Source of the DNA: the human T2T-CHM13v2.0 reference genome, Homo sapiens
Assembly: GCF_009914755.1 (NCBI RefSeq)
Contig: NC_060935.1
Direction: 5' to 3' (one strand)
DNA: 64,000 bases
Under the pieces are notes generated by a model. That model was not told where the DNA came from. It worked only from the letters and a program-made list of their open reading frames with translations, and ran no database searches. The position numbers and the translations under genes were made by a program. Below are positions 26,221 to 39,268 of this stretch, piece after piece. Numbering within the stretch: the first letter of the stretch is position 1; each line of letters starts with the position of its first letter.

Positions 26221-27108
26221 TCATACCTCTTCCTATGTCTGGTAATTCATTTATCATTATTAGATTTTCATTTTCAGCACCTTATATTGTCAAGTCCACT
26301 TTTCCCCTTGATATCAAAATGCAATGTTTCTGAGTTATGGCATAACTATACAGAAATACTTTTGCTGAACTGATGCCAATAAAAACTGAATCCCCAAATC
26401 CCAAGATGTTTAATTATTGTGTCCAGATGCTGGGATGACAAGTTTTATTTACACATCCCTCATTTGTTTCCATGCTTGGTCTGGTTACTCTTTGCTCTGC
26501 AACTGTCCTTGGGGGCATTTCTGCTTAATGGAACAGCAAAATCAATAAGCGGGACTGTTTTATTAGCCTCAACAAATGGCAGAATAACTGTCCTGATGGC
26601 CACATTTTGGTAGATCTATTATCAGGGCTTTGGTGCTCTGCATTTTAAAATAGGCTTTTGTCAGAGAAAGCAGATTGAAAGATGAAAAGAGAATCCCAAT
26701 AAAATTATGAAAACCCCTAGATCCAGCCATGGCTGAAGTCAGGTAACTTCCATATTCTTCCAGATAAAATCTTTTTTTGTTCTCTTCAGGCAGTTTGGGT
26801 ATAGGTGTAGTTAGTTAAAAATTATATCATTGATTTAATTTGTGTTGAAGTCCATTAGTTATACTTTCCAGTCTTCATTTAACTTCATTTGAATAAATAG
26901 CTTCTTCTACCCCAAATCTATATGAAGAAGACTTTAAAGGACACAAATTCATTCCCATTTCTAAGTTATAAAGCCTATGTTTGCATTTCTTTTGTAATTT
27001 GGCAATATTACTCAACCTTCTACAAAATAATGTTCACTTCAAAATTACTTATACACATTGTTATACTTTGATGTCAGCTTTTATTATAGGTCATTAAAAT
27101 AAACAGCC

Positions 27109-27630
27109 TATATTAGTTTCCTATGGCTGCTGTAACAAATTGCTACAAACAGTGGTTTAAAACCACTTAATTTATTCTTTTAAGGTTCTGGAGGCCAGAA
27201 GTTAGACATTAGTGTCACTGAGCTAAAGTCAAGGTTTCGGCAGGGCTGTGCCTCCTTAGATGGCTCTAGGGGAGAAAACTTTTCCTTCCCTTTTGCAGCT
27301 TCTAATGCTATATTCCTCACATTCCTGGGTTACGGACACTTCCTCTATTTTCAAAACCAGCAGCACAGAATCTTCAAGGTCTCTCTTCTGTCATATCACC
27401 TTTTCCTCTGCAGCACTATCTTCCTTGGCCTCTCTCTAATAAGGATGAATGTGAGAACACTTAGGGCCCATCCAAATAATATAGGCTAATCTCCCCATCT
27501 CAAAATCTGTAATTTAATTATATCTTTCAGTATATAAGGCAATACTTACCTATCTTTTTTCCATATAAGGCAGTACCAAAGTTCCCAGGGATTAGAAAGT
27601 AGATATCCTTGGGGGTCATTGTTTAACACA
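27109..27630 (-). mobile_element. MLT1 (C/D/E-type) solo LTR
   Basis: TATTAGTTTCCTATGGCTGCTGTAACAAATT...GTTCTGGAGGCCAGAAG. Confidence 0.8.
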
Positions 27631-28260
27631 GAGCCTTACAGAAACTGCTTCTGCATGTGTTAAAAACCCTAATTCGAGGGTAGTGTTTCCTCAGATATTT
27701 TCCTATACTTTAATAATGCAGTTTTGAAGTTCATCTTGGCAAAAATTTTATCTTAAATATAAGAGAAATGTGTGGTTTTATACATTTTATGTAAATTTTT
27801 AAGGTTTCCTTTTTGTCTCGTCCGGAATTCCAGGAAGCTCATTGTCTAATTTGCTGCCCAATAAAGAAAGTACACTAATCTTATGGGCAACATATCTACC
27901 TCTTCTTCCTTTGTGGTTTTGACTTTTAAATTGTAATATTCTGTTAACCATAGGTTACATATATGTGTATAGTATTTTGTGTGTGTTCATGTGTGTGTGC
28001 ATTACTGTAAATCATTTCAGTCTTTTAAAAACCTATTACCAGGGCACCAGGCAATGTGCTAGAAATACAAGTTTCACGTAGGCCAGAAGAGAAGGTGTAT
28101 GTGTAAACAGGATAAAATAAAACATGTATTGAACAATGATATAAGTAATGTTTTCTTAGGGTGAAGTAAGGATTCCTAGGAGAGGTGGTGGTATTAGAAT
28201 TGGGGTTTTCAGGTAAAAAAAATTCTGAATAGAATAGATGAAGGGAAAGCAGATACATGA

Positions 28261-28390
28261 GCCATTTATGCCTAGTATTCCATTACTGGAACACTAAGCA
28301 TGTTGGAGTTATTTATATTCTATAGCTCAAGGTCATCAGCAAGGTCTGATTGCAAAAACTCAATAAATTGCAACCTCAGACATAAATGGG
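28261..28390 (+). mobile_element. MER85 piggyBac (PGBD3-derived) MITE
   Basis: TIRs GCCATTTATGCCT and AGACATAAATGGG, right TTAA target (28391-28394), internal palindrome ATTCCATTACTGGAAC (28277-28292). Confidence 0.9.
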
Positions 28391-28679
28391 TTAACAAATT
28401 CCACATTGAAGGGAGCATTCTTTTTATTATTTCATATAAATATTTTTGGGGACTTTAACATAAGACAGGCATAGTTCTAGGCACCGGGGATACCAGAATC
28501 AACAAAAGAGATAAAGACCTAGTCTCATGGTATTTGTATTTAGGAAAGAGGTGATAGACAATAAACATAAACAAATAAATGTGTAGCCAAGTTAAAATAG
28601 TAAAAGATGTCGTAGAGGAGATTTGCCTTCCAGGAACATAGAGATGGCCTATACAGCTGGAAAGCACCCAGAGAACATC

Positions 28680-28893
28680 CAGCTGTTCTCAAGCAGGGGT
28701 GAGTTTGTCACCCAAGGGACATTTAGCAATGCATGGAGACATTCTTAATATTCACATCTGGGGAGATGCTACTGGCATCTACTTGGTGGAGGCCTGAGAG
28801 ACTGCCAAACATCCTACAATGCACTGGACAGACTCACAGGTCAAAGAATTATCTAACCCCATTTATCAGTAATGTGGAAGCTAAGAAACTCTG
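28680..28893 (+). mobile_element. MER20 hAT-Charlie MITE within L2 sequence
   Basis: CAGCTGTTCTCAA...GGGACATTTAGCAATG...TGCTACTGGCATCTA...AAGAAACTCTG. Confidence 0.8.
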
Positions 28894-29179
28894 GGCTAGA
28901 TCTTAGAGGAAGAGAATGAAACTGGTAAAAGTTAAAGTCACTGAGGTTGGCAGTTGCCAGCATGTAAGAGTTTGTTGGCATTAGTAGCCATTTTAATTTC
29001 ATTCTAGGTTTAAAGGAAAGCTACTGGAAAGCATCAATCAGGGATGCTAAATGATCTAATTTACATTTTGAATAATTATTTCAGCTGTTGGGTGTAGAAT
29101 GAACTGTAGTTGATTCCACAAGAATCAGAAAGAACAATAAGAAAGCTATTAAAATAATTCATGTGAACTAATCATGAAG

Positions 29180-30086
29180 ACCACAATGCTTTTAAAATAT
29201 GTCCTCAAATTCTTTGATACAAGTATCAAAAATATGTTTTGATCTTTGATACAAGTATCAAAGATATGTTTTGACTGTGTCCCCACCCAAATCTCACCTT
29301 GTAGTCCTATACTCCCATGTCGTGGGAGGGAACAGGTGGAGATTATCACGGGGGTTGTTTTCCACATGCTGTTCTCACCAGATCTGAAGGTTTTATAAGG
29401 GGCTTCCCCCTTCACTGGGTACTCATTCTTCTCCTTCCTGCCATCAGGTGAAGAAGGATATGTTTGCTTCCCCTTCTGCCATGATTGTAAGTTTCCTGAG
29501 GCTTCCCCAGCCATGCTGAACTGTGAGTCAATTAAACCTCTTTCCTTTATAAATTACCCAGTCTCAATATGTCTATTATCAGTGTGAGAATGGACTACTA
29601 CAATACTCCTCCCTCCAAGAGGTAGAATTTAATTCCCTTCCCTTGAGTGTAGGGCAGATTTAGTAACTTGGGTCTAATGAATAGAATATAACGGAAGTGA
29701 CAGTAGGACTTCTGAGATTAAGTTGTACAAGGGTTGTGTCTTCCCCTTTGGTCAATTTCTGAGGAAAGACAGATGATAATGTCAGAAGAAACTCAAGCCT
29801 TATAAGAAATTCCATGTGGTGAGGAACAAAGGCCTCTGTCCTACATCATGCAAGAGACTGAAGCTTCTATTAAAAAGCATGTAAATAAGTCATCTTGGAA
29901 TCAAGCTGTCAGCTGCAGTTAAGTCTTTACATTACTACAACAACCCTGGCTAATGCCTCAGGAGACTCTGAGGCCAAATCACCCAGCTAGGTGACTCCTG
30001 GATTTCTGACTCACAAAAACTGTGAGGTAGTAAATGTTTATTGGGGTTTAGGGATATTTTGTAATACTGCAACAGATACCCAACAC
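29180..30086 (+). mobile_element. MLT1F-like LTR split by THE1
   Basis: CAAATTCTTTGATAC before the insertion, resuming ACTCCTCCCTCCAAGAGGTAGAATTTAATTCCC. Confidence 0.65.
29262..29602 (+). mobile_element. THE1 (B/C) solo LTR
   Basis: CTGTGTCCCCACCCAAATCTCA...GAGTCAATTAAACCTCTTTCCTTTATAAATTACCCAGTCTC. Confidence 0.9.
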
Positions 30087-30389
30087 AGGGAAGCATCTGA
30101 GGCAGCTTAGGGGCTTGCTGAAGACAAAGGGAATATAGGATGTGTAATAGAGAAAGATAGCAACAAATTCTAGATATAGTCATGTAGTTATACAGTAATA
30201 ATTATAAGAAATTCTTCCATTGTTTGATATGTTTCTATATATAAAACAAGTGTCTTGTTTTCTTCTTCTCTCACATTTTGTTCCCATCTAATACAAGACA
30301 TGTTAATAATAATTTACTTTATACTCTAGATTTAAGTTTCAGGAGTGTGAACAGCTAAAAGAAGAATTAACATTACTCAAAGACTAAGG

Positions 30390-31196
30390 AGGATTTTGCA
30401 TTTTGGGGGGCAAAAATGTAAGCATGTTTTCAACAGTAAGTGGGATAGCTGTCTTGTGTTAAGTGGAGGCATAATTTTGTTATAATCTTTATTTGGAAAT
30501 TAGTATAGCTATGTTTCCAAGAGGTGTGCATGGCTGCCAAATTGGCAAGGTGTGTGCTGTGGTGACTTTGTAATGAGTCAAGTTGCCTAGGCTGAACTAA
30601 GTTTCTCAGAATTATCCTTTCCGTAAGTTTCTGGTTAGGGTGAGCCACAAGAGACATTTTATAAGTGTGAGATTTAGAAGTGACATCATAGCCATTTTGT
30701 CTTTTACACTCAATAGCTCAAGGCAGATGATTTTGCAGCTCACATGCAAGGCTTACCTGCTGGATTACCTGCTTGGCATGGTGCAGTAATTAGGTCTGCC
30801 ACTGTTAGAACTTCCTCTGTATTTTCCTTCAACTTCTCTGATCCATGGGCCAGGAGCGTTGTTAGCTGTGTGATAAAGGGCACCAGCTTCTCCCTCAGGA
30901 CACCTGAGCCACAGGAGACAGTAAGGACAGACATGGATTTGGTTCATCCTGCGGGTTTCCCCAGGCCCCACATTTCACATTTATGTTCGTTTTCTGCCAA
31001 CTGCCTGTGCTGTAGACTTTAAGCTCCTGCAGCAGGCACATGGACAACAGCTGTAGAGAAACTGTTTAACCCACTTCCTCAATCAAGTAAGGTCAAACCC
31101 CTGCAACAGAGAACACACACACACACACATACACATACTCTCTCTCTATTTCTCTCACTTTCTAGTGGATCACCTTTAAATGAATCCTGACTAATG
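30390..31196 (+). mobile_element. Old ERVL interior end plus MLT2E/F-like LTR (LTR from about 30557)
   Basis: Degenerate PPT TTGGCAAGGTGTGTGC then TGTGGTGACTTTGTAATGAGTCAAGTTG; ends CCTGACTAAT. Confidence 0.55.
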
Positions 31197-31516
31197 GTAT
31201 TAGAGGAGAGATGGTGAGAATTGGTTGGATTTACAACATAGTTTGAAGGTAGAATCAATCATACTTCCTGGGGGTTTTGATATGGGGATTGAAAGAAAGA
31301 GAAGAATTGAGGAGGACATTTGGGTTCATGATCTAAACCACTAGGTGAAACTAGGAAGAATAGGGGCAGGGAAGTGATGGTTAATAAAAAGCTTTGCTTT
31401 GGACACTCTATATTTGAGATGTGTAGACATCCAAGTGAAGGTCTCAAGCAAGTATGTAGATACACAAACGTAGCTCAGAAAAGAAATCCAAGTTAGAGAT
31501 AAAGAATTAGGAATCA

Positions 31517-31808
31517 GGCTGGATGTGGTGGCTTATGCCTGTAATTCCAGCACTTTGGGAGGCCAAGGAAGGAAGATCACTCTGTCCCAGGAGTTCAAGA
31601 CCAGCCTAGGCAATCCAGCAAGACCTTGTATCTACAAAAAATATAAAAGTTAACTGGGCATGATGGTGCACACCTGTGGTGCTGGTTGGGAGGCTGAAGT
31701 GAGAAAATTGCTTGAGTGTGGGAGGTCAAGGCTGCAGTGAGCCGTGAGCACTTCAGCCTGGGTGACAGAGTGAAATCCTGTCTCAATAATAATAATAATT
31801 AATAATAA
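31517..31808 (+). mobile_element. AluJ within an antisense L2
   Basis: CCCAGGAGTTCAAGACCAGCCTAGGCAA, GGTCAAGGCTGCAGTGAGCCGTGA, (AAT)n tail. Confidence 0.85.
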
Positions 31809-32399
31809 GACATATTAAGCCTGTACATGATATTTAAAACAATGGAACAGGATTTCTCTGGGGAGACAGTGTAGATGGAGAATACAAGAGAGATAGAGAC
31901 AAAACCCTACAACATTTAGAGATAAATAAAAAGTGGAACCGACAAGGGAGACTGGAAGGGAGCAGTTAGGAAGGTAGAAGTGAAATGAAGTGAATGTGTT
32001 TGAAAAGCCAAGAGCAGAGAATATCTGAACAAGGAGCAAAAACATGCCCCAGAGCTGCTGATGTTCCTGGGACCAAGGGGAGTCCCCAAACTCTAGGCAT
32101 TCTACATAAGATCCACTCCTTCATCTCCATACTTTAATTGGCTGGAGTTGAGAGTGGATCTAGAAGCCTGCATACTCTTCACCTTCCCTTTCTTCCAACA
32201 GCATTCAAGATTGCCACTGCTCATCTCACCAAGCTACTTACCCTTTTGACTAACTTAAACACTAACCTCTGGAAGCCCAGACTCCCTGGGTCATTTTTCT
32301 CCCATCCCCTGAAATCACCTTTCCTATGGTTTGTTACCTCCTGTCATCCCCCTCAACTTCAAACATCAACTCTTTTCTCACAGAAACTCCTGAAACATT

Positions 32400-35300
32400 C
32401 CCACCCTACAGCATGCTAGTCAGTCTCCAGGAAAAGTCCTTATTTTTCCAACATCCTCTGAACTGAAGCTTGGCTGACTCTCCCCTGAAGTTTCAGCTTG
32501 CCATGTAGCCCTCTCAAGTGGTAGCATTTTACCTCTCACATTCTACAAACCATAGGGGGTGTGTATTGAATGCCCTCTTGTCTTCCACTTCCAAACTGGA
32601 ATTGTTACCTGTGAATGACATGTAATCAGACTATTCTACCTTGTGGTCACTTAACTTACAACTCCCCCTGGAAACACCCCCTCCACTCACTCTTTAAGTT
32701 TTAGTTCCTCAATTATCGACTCACTCCAATACTACTCCTAACACAGTTCATGGAGAGGTCAATTTCCACGAAGACAATCTTCCCAACATACTGGAATGTT
32801 AGTTACTGGCTCATTTCACTTCCAATAATCCCCCATATTTCAGTTATCCACTCCCATACTTATAAATCCTATTTCATCATTACCAGTAAGTTCAACTTCT
32901 TCATTAACTCAATTTCAAAAGCCTTCTTGTTTCAGTTTAACCCCTAAAGTTCCCCACATTCTACTATCTTTCAGTTTCCAGGCCCTGCAGCTGACTGGTT
33001 TTACAACTGTTTCACTGTCTCCAACCCTGTCATGACCTCAATATCCCCCTTACCCTGTTTAAATTCCAAGGTTCATGATTATTCACTGTCTCTTGCATAC
33101 ATTCTCAAGTTCTCAAGCTTCTGAAACTTCTCTGTATTTATCATAGTTGTCTAGCAAAATCTCAGCCTTGGTTAAATCCAATATTTCATCTACTTTGTAT
33201 CTGTATCCTAACAACTGAACATGGTTGGAGAAACTCCCAAACATTATAATTTAATTCATAACTATTAGCCTCAAAGAAGCCCCTCCTGTGGTTCTGCAAT
33301 GAAAGTGAAAAATCATTTTCCTAGTTTTTTCATGCTCCTGCTCTTCTAGATGACAATTACAATTTAGGTTCAACAGTACAAGTTTGAAATGTAGGTAAAT
33401 TGTGCATCATGGGGGTTTGGTTTACAGATTATTTCATCACCCAAGTGATAAGCATATTTGATAGGTAGTTTTTCAACCCTCACTCTCCTACTTCCCTCCA
33501 CCCTCAAGTAGGTCCCTTGTTGTTTCCTTCTTTGTGTCTATATGTACTCAATGTGTAAGCTTCCACTTATGAGTGAGAATATGTGGTATTTGGTTTTCTG
33601 TTCCTGTGTTAGTTTGCTTAGGATAGTGGCCTCCAGCTCCATGCATGTTGCTACAAAGGACATGATCTCATGCTTTTTTATGGCTGAATAGTAGTCCCTG
33701 GTGTATATGTACCACATTTTCTTTGTCTAGCCTACTGTTGATGGGCATTTAGGTTGATTCCTTGTCTTTGCTATTGTGAACAATGCTGTGATGAACATAT
33801 ATGTGCCTGTGTCTTTACGGTAAAGTAACTTATATTACCTTGGGTATACATTCAATAATGGGATTACAGAATTGAATGGTAATTCTGCCTTCAGTTCTTT
33901 GAGAAATCATCAAACTGCTTTCTACAATGGCTGAACTAATTTACATTCCCACCAGCAGTGTGTAAGTGTCTCCTTTTCTCCACAACCTTGCCAGCATCTG
34001 TTAATTTTTGACTTTTTAGTCATAGCCACTCTGGTGTGAGATGGTATCTAATTGTGGTTTTGATTTCCATTTCTCAAATGATCTATAATGTTGAATTTAT
34101 TTTCATATGATTTTTGGCCACACGTATGTCTTTTTTTAAAAAAAAAAAAAAAGTATCATGTCCTTCACCTACTTTTTTGTGTTCATTTTTTGCTTGCTGC
34201 TGTGTTTCTTATAGATTCTGGATATCAGGCCTTTGTTGGATGCTTAGTTCGCAAATATTTTCTCCCATTCTGTAGGTTGTCTGTATACTCTGTAGATAGT
34301 TCCTTTTTCTGTGCAGAAGCTCTTTAGTTTGAGTAGGTCTCATTTGCCAATTTTTGTTTTGGTGTCTTCAACATGAAATCTTTGTCAGGTCTTATGGCCA
34401 GAATGGTATTAAACTACAAGGGTACGATAAACCAGAACAGCATGATACTGGTACAAAAAACAGACATACACACCAATGGAACGGAATAGAGACCCCAGAA
34501 ATAAGGCTACACATCTACAACCATCTGATTGTCAACAAAGTCAACAAAAACAATGGGGAAAGGACTCTCTATTCAATACATGGTGCTAGGATAACTGGTT
34601 AGCCATATGCAAAAGATTGAAACTGAACTCCTTCCTTACATCAGATACAAAAATCAACTCAAGAGGGACTAAAGACTTACATGTAAAATCCAAAACTATA
34701 AAAGCCCTGGAATATAACCTACATGACAATTTTATGCCATGTCCTTAAGCCTCTAACACCTTTACTCTCCTAAATCTCAGCTGATGGCTTTGCTTCCTAT
34801 TTCACTGAGAAAGTAGAAGCAAAAAGAAAAAAAATGTTAAGGTCCTTGCCTCCACAAGTAACCATACACTTGCATTTGTGCCCACTTACTATGTCTTCCT
34901 GCCTGACCCTTCTACTCAAGATCAGCCCTTCCACTTGCGCACTAGGTCTCAGTTCCTCTCACTTACTCCAGGGCATATTTATGGCAAACTCCCTCTTCTC
35001 TCATGCATCATCAGACTCCCTTTATCAGCTCCCACTCTTTATTTTATCATAATCTTAGTTTAAGAACAGGCTATTATTTCTCCTGTCTTAAATAAAGCCT
35101 TTTTGACCCTAGTCTCTCTTCCAGCTACTACTCAATTTCTTTACCCCCAAATATTTATATATAGCAAACATTTCCAAATATTTACCTATATTTGCTATTG
35201 CTAATTTCTTTTCTTCCATTCTCTCTTGAACTCATTCCATTTAGGCTTTCGCCTCTCACTTATCCATTGAAGCTACTCTTATCAAAGTTACAATTGCCCT

Positions 35301-35500
35301 TCTTGATGTTATGTCTAATGGTTAATTTGTAGTGCACATCTTACTGGAACTTTCAGCTGCCTTTAACATAGTCTTTTTCTTGAATACTGTTCTTTCTTGG
35401 CCTCCTGAATTTCACACTATTTTTGGCCTCACAGGCTACTCTTTCTTAGCATTTTTGTCTGTTTTTTGCTGGTTCTTTCTCATCATATTGACTTCTGAAT
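32400..35500 (+). mobile_element. Long degenerate L2 ORF2 region, split by an L1
   Basis: Pyrimidine-rich L2-like motifs, e.g. TGCTTCCTATTTCACTGAGAAAGTAGAAGC. Confidence 0.6.
33359..34722 (-). mobile_element. 5'-inverted L1 (L1PA13-16-like)
   Basis: Antisense 3' part to about 34410, then sense ORF2 part; TSD ATGACAATT at 33350-33358 and 34723-34731. Confidence 0.85.
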
Positions 35501-36827
35501 TTTGGAATCAGATAGGTTTTTCTGTTTGTTTGTTGAACCTGAATACACAGTATCATGAGAATTCCAACAGTGTTTGGTTTCCATGAATGAACCTTGAGGA
35601 TGAATATTTTCCAGATAGCTCTGGAAGTGCCTTATGTCAAAATCTGTACTTGTTGATTACTTGCCCATCTCAAAGTATCCAATATACTGAGATCTTTTTT
35701 TTCCTTCTCCTATCTGCCTCAGCAGTATTTTAAATTGCTTATTAGAGCAGTTATGCATTCAGAATATTAATGAGGACTAGCACACTCATCTATTAAATTA
35801 CAATGGCATGTTAAAATTCAGAAATTCTGTATCATCCTTATTTTGGAGCTTGGGCCGCTAATAAAGAAAACACAGTGTCAAGGTGATTTTCAGATCGTTT
35901 TAACAGACTAACTAATGTAAAAGGATAAGAATTTCTATCCTAGACTGCTTTCCATTTCAAAGTTGATGAGAACATTGTTCAGCTGGCAATAAAGATAGAA
36001 AATTTATAAGGGTATTCAAGGTAGATTATGGCGCAACCTAGCTGTTGAATTTTTCATCTGTATCATAAACAAAGAAGGATAAGAAACATTTACTCTGCGT
36101 TTCAAAAAACTACACATGAAAATAGACTGTGGAGTGGAAAACCAGCATAATTAATTTCCAGTCTTTAAAATGTCACTGCATTTTAGACACTTCTGTGTAT
36201 GGTTTCTTGCTTTTTTTCTACTTTTTATTAAACTTTATAAAACTCCTATCTCATTTAGAGAACAAGTTACTGAAGAGCAGCAACGAACGTTTTATAGATC
36301 CCAATTACATTATAGATTCTGAGCTAAATGTCATCCCAGTATCTCGGTGTAGCAGTGATTAACCTGAGGAGATTTTCTTATCTTTATAACCTGCTTATGC
36401 TACAATACAAAGCCTGATAACAATTCCTAAGCCTAGGTAAGATGAATTATCATCATGGATGTTGGCAGAAAGTTAAAATTGGAAATGCAAAATAAACTGC
36501 TTGAAATTTTAGAGATTATGTATTATTACTGTAATGGATGTTTCCAGAGATTTGGGCACATACTCAGAAGATGGAGGGGAAGATTAAATCAAATATCTCT
36601 AACAGGGACATCAAGGGACCTTTAGAGGATAGAATGTTTATCTCCTCTGATGTCAAACTCTCTGACATCAACTGGATTCAACGGTGTCCTTGTCTTATCA
36701 TCAGGTCAGTAGTTATTAATTTCATCTGATTCAGGTAAAATTTATGATAATATTTCACTTTTTGCCTTCCCTTACTGCTAATGTAAGGGACATCCCATTT
36801 TCTAAGTATTTTTTTTATTTCTTTATT

Positions 36828-36836
36828 TGTGTGTGC

Positions 36837-36875
<39 letters not shown>

Positions 36876-36891
36876 TATACACACATATATA
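36828..36891. repeat. (TG)(TA)n(CA)n compound microsatellite
   Basis: Alternating purine-pyrimidine tract seen directly. Confidence 0.9.
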
Positions 36892-38086
36892 ATTACAGTA
36901 AATTTCATCTCTGTCGAGTACTTTACAAGGTGTGCTATTGTTTAAGAAAGAGAAATGTCATTAATATTCATGGATCACTTTGGTTTAACAGATGGAAGAT
37001 TCTTTTTAAATTCATCCTTAAAGTTGACTTTTTAACATCTACTATAACTTCTTCACATACAATAAATATTTATGCACGTTCAAGAAGGTTATAAAAACCA
37101 CCTGTGATAAATGTTAATTATTAGCAAACTAACAAATGTACTCAGGCTCCTGCAAGACTCTGTTGCTCAATTATTATAGATGTAAATTAGAGACCTGAAG
37201 CCATAAACAAGGATACGATGCACTGGCATGGGGGAGAGCTGTGAGCAGCTGGTCACAGTGATGTTTTGTTTTGCCAGCATAGTATTTTCGCATTGATTTG
37301 CCAGCATTTAAAAATTTTGTGTTCACAAAGGCATCTGAATATCTGCTTCTTCTGAAATATTGGGGGATCTGGGAATACTTGGCCTATATTCAATGGTATG
37401 TATGCTGGTAGATGTTTACCATCCAGACTTCAAGAAAAGTCTTGATTTGTATCATTTGCCTATTTCTATGGTGTAAATACTATGCCACGGCTGATTTCTA
37501 GCTACCAAGGTGACCTTCTTTACTGGAGTTGGGAAGAAGTACACAGTCTGCTCTCACAAACTAGTATAGTTTCAGCACACCACTGTCTGTATTACTCCTC
37601 AACAAAATTGGCTGAAGTTACCAGTTGCCCCTTTTAGACAAGGTACAATCTCTCTGATTCGTGTTCTGCATCTCATCTGTGTCACTTATTCACATGACAT
37701 ACTAATTTGCATAGGAGTTTTGTTTGTGCTTGTGACCTCTGTCATAAGAAATAATTATGTTGAGACTCAAGGTCTGGAACCTTAGAATTATAAATAAGCT
37801 CAATGTTATTTCAAGTAGGCACTGTGTATTTAAGGCCTTAGGTTGAAAAGAGCTGACCCAATTAGAGAAACAGGATAAACTGGGGATAGAAAGAGCACAC
37901 AGATGCAATGGACCAATATCCATGCCTCTGTAGCATGTAGCCCCAGTTTTTTCTGGAGAACTTGACCTTTGCAATGATTAGTAGCCAAAGATTGGGGCAG
38001 AAATGGTGTCAATGCTAGGATTCCAGTGCTGGATCATAAGAAAACTGCTGGTTTGGGAGGCAGCCTCCTGGACTGTGTAGAGATGA

Positions 38087-38452
38087 CATCTTAGTCTGGG
38101 GTGCTATAAAAAATTACCATAGACCAGGTGGCTTAACAAAACACTTATCTCTGACAGTTCTGAAGGCTGAGAATTCCAAGATCTAGGTGCCAGTAGATCT
38201 TGTATGAGATGAGGACCCGCTTCCTGATTTGCAGCTGGTCATCTTCTTGCTGTGTTTTCATATGGAGGGGAACAGAGAGATAGAAAGCAAATCTTCTCAT
38301 GTCTTTTTATAAGGGCACTAATCCCACTAAAGAGAGCTTCACCCTCATGACCCAGTCACCTCCCAAAGGCCCAGCCTTCTACTACCATAACATTGGGGAT
38401 TAGGATTTTAACATATTCATTTTGTGGGGACACAAACATTCAGTCTGTTGCA
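38087..38452 (-). mobile_element. MLT1A-type solo LTR
   Basis: TTTTTATAAGGGCACTAATCCCA...GGGGACACAAACATTCAGTC. Confidence 0.8.
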
Positions 38453-38754
38453 GCTGATAACCTGAGTAAGCACCTAGTAATTTCAGTTGGCCTCATACCT
38501 CCCCATGTACCTCTGGGGAGGTGTGGCCAGGTAGCTGCCTGGTCTATAAGAGGGCTGACTTCCCATACCCACCCTAGCCCTTTGCATACTCCACTGCACT
38601 GCTTTCATGAACCAAGGCTAAGCCTGGCCAGAATTACCATATATGAGTATGAGGATTGTACTCTGCACAACTTTAGGGGGGACCTTTCCTATATAGACTA
38701 TAATCTAGATGGTTTTCCCTTAGCCATTTAGTGCATAGCCTGTGAAACCTACCT

Positions 38755-39268
38755 GTGTAGAAATAAATTAAGACCAAACAAATGAGGACATGCAAAGGGT
38801 ATTTATTCAGAGATTGCTATAGCAGGGAAGTCAGCCACTGTCACCTGCATTTGCAGAGACTCTTGGCAGGCAGAGGAGCGAGATAGCTTTATAATGGAAC
38901 AAAAGGAAGGCCTCAGTACACCATGATTGGAGGTTGTTAGCAGAGGGAAGCTGTAGGCAGGCTAACTAGAAGCAGGGTATCCTATGGGATTGGTTCTAGG
39001 TGCATTATTTGGCTTTTTGTCGTTGGTTTTAAGTTGGAAGCAGGAACAAGAATTAGAAAAGCTGCCTTTTATTAATCAAACTCTGGACATTTGGAGCTGA
39101 TCGTTATAGTAGTTATTATTTAGCTTCCTGGAATGTTACTAGAGATAGCAGTCCTGACTTCCTACAAGTCTGGCTTATAGAAGACTGGGCAGATTGCTGC
39201 AGGCTGTGGGTCAGAGTTCTATTTTAATATATGGTCTGGTCATTGTCCTGTGTATATCCAATCTGTCA
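38755..39268 (-). mobile_element. Old ERV1-class solo LTR (subfamily uncertain)
   Basis: TG...CA bounded ~510 bp with minus-strand AATAAA (TATTTATTCAG) and CCAAT boxes (GATTGG). Confidence 0.5.

Noticed and set aside
26715-26800. Donor CAGGTAAC and acceptor TTCTCTTCAG pair
   Set aside because: Too close to form an intron and lies in what looks like an MLT1 LTR remnant
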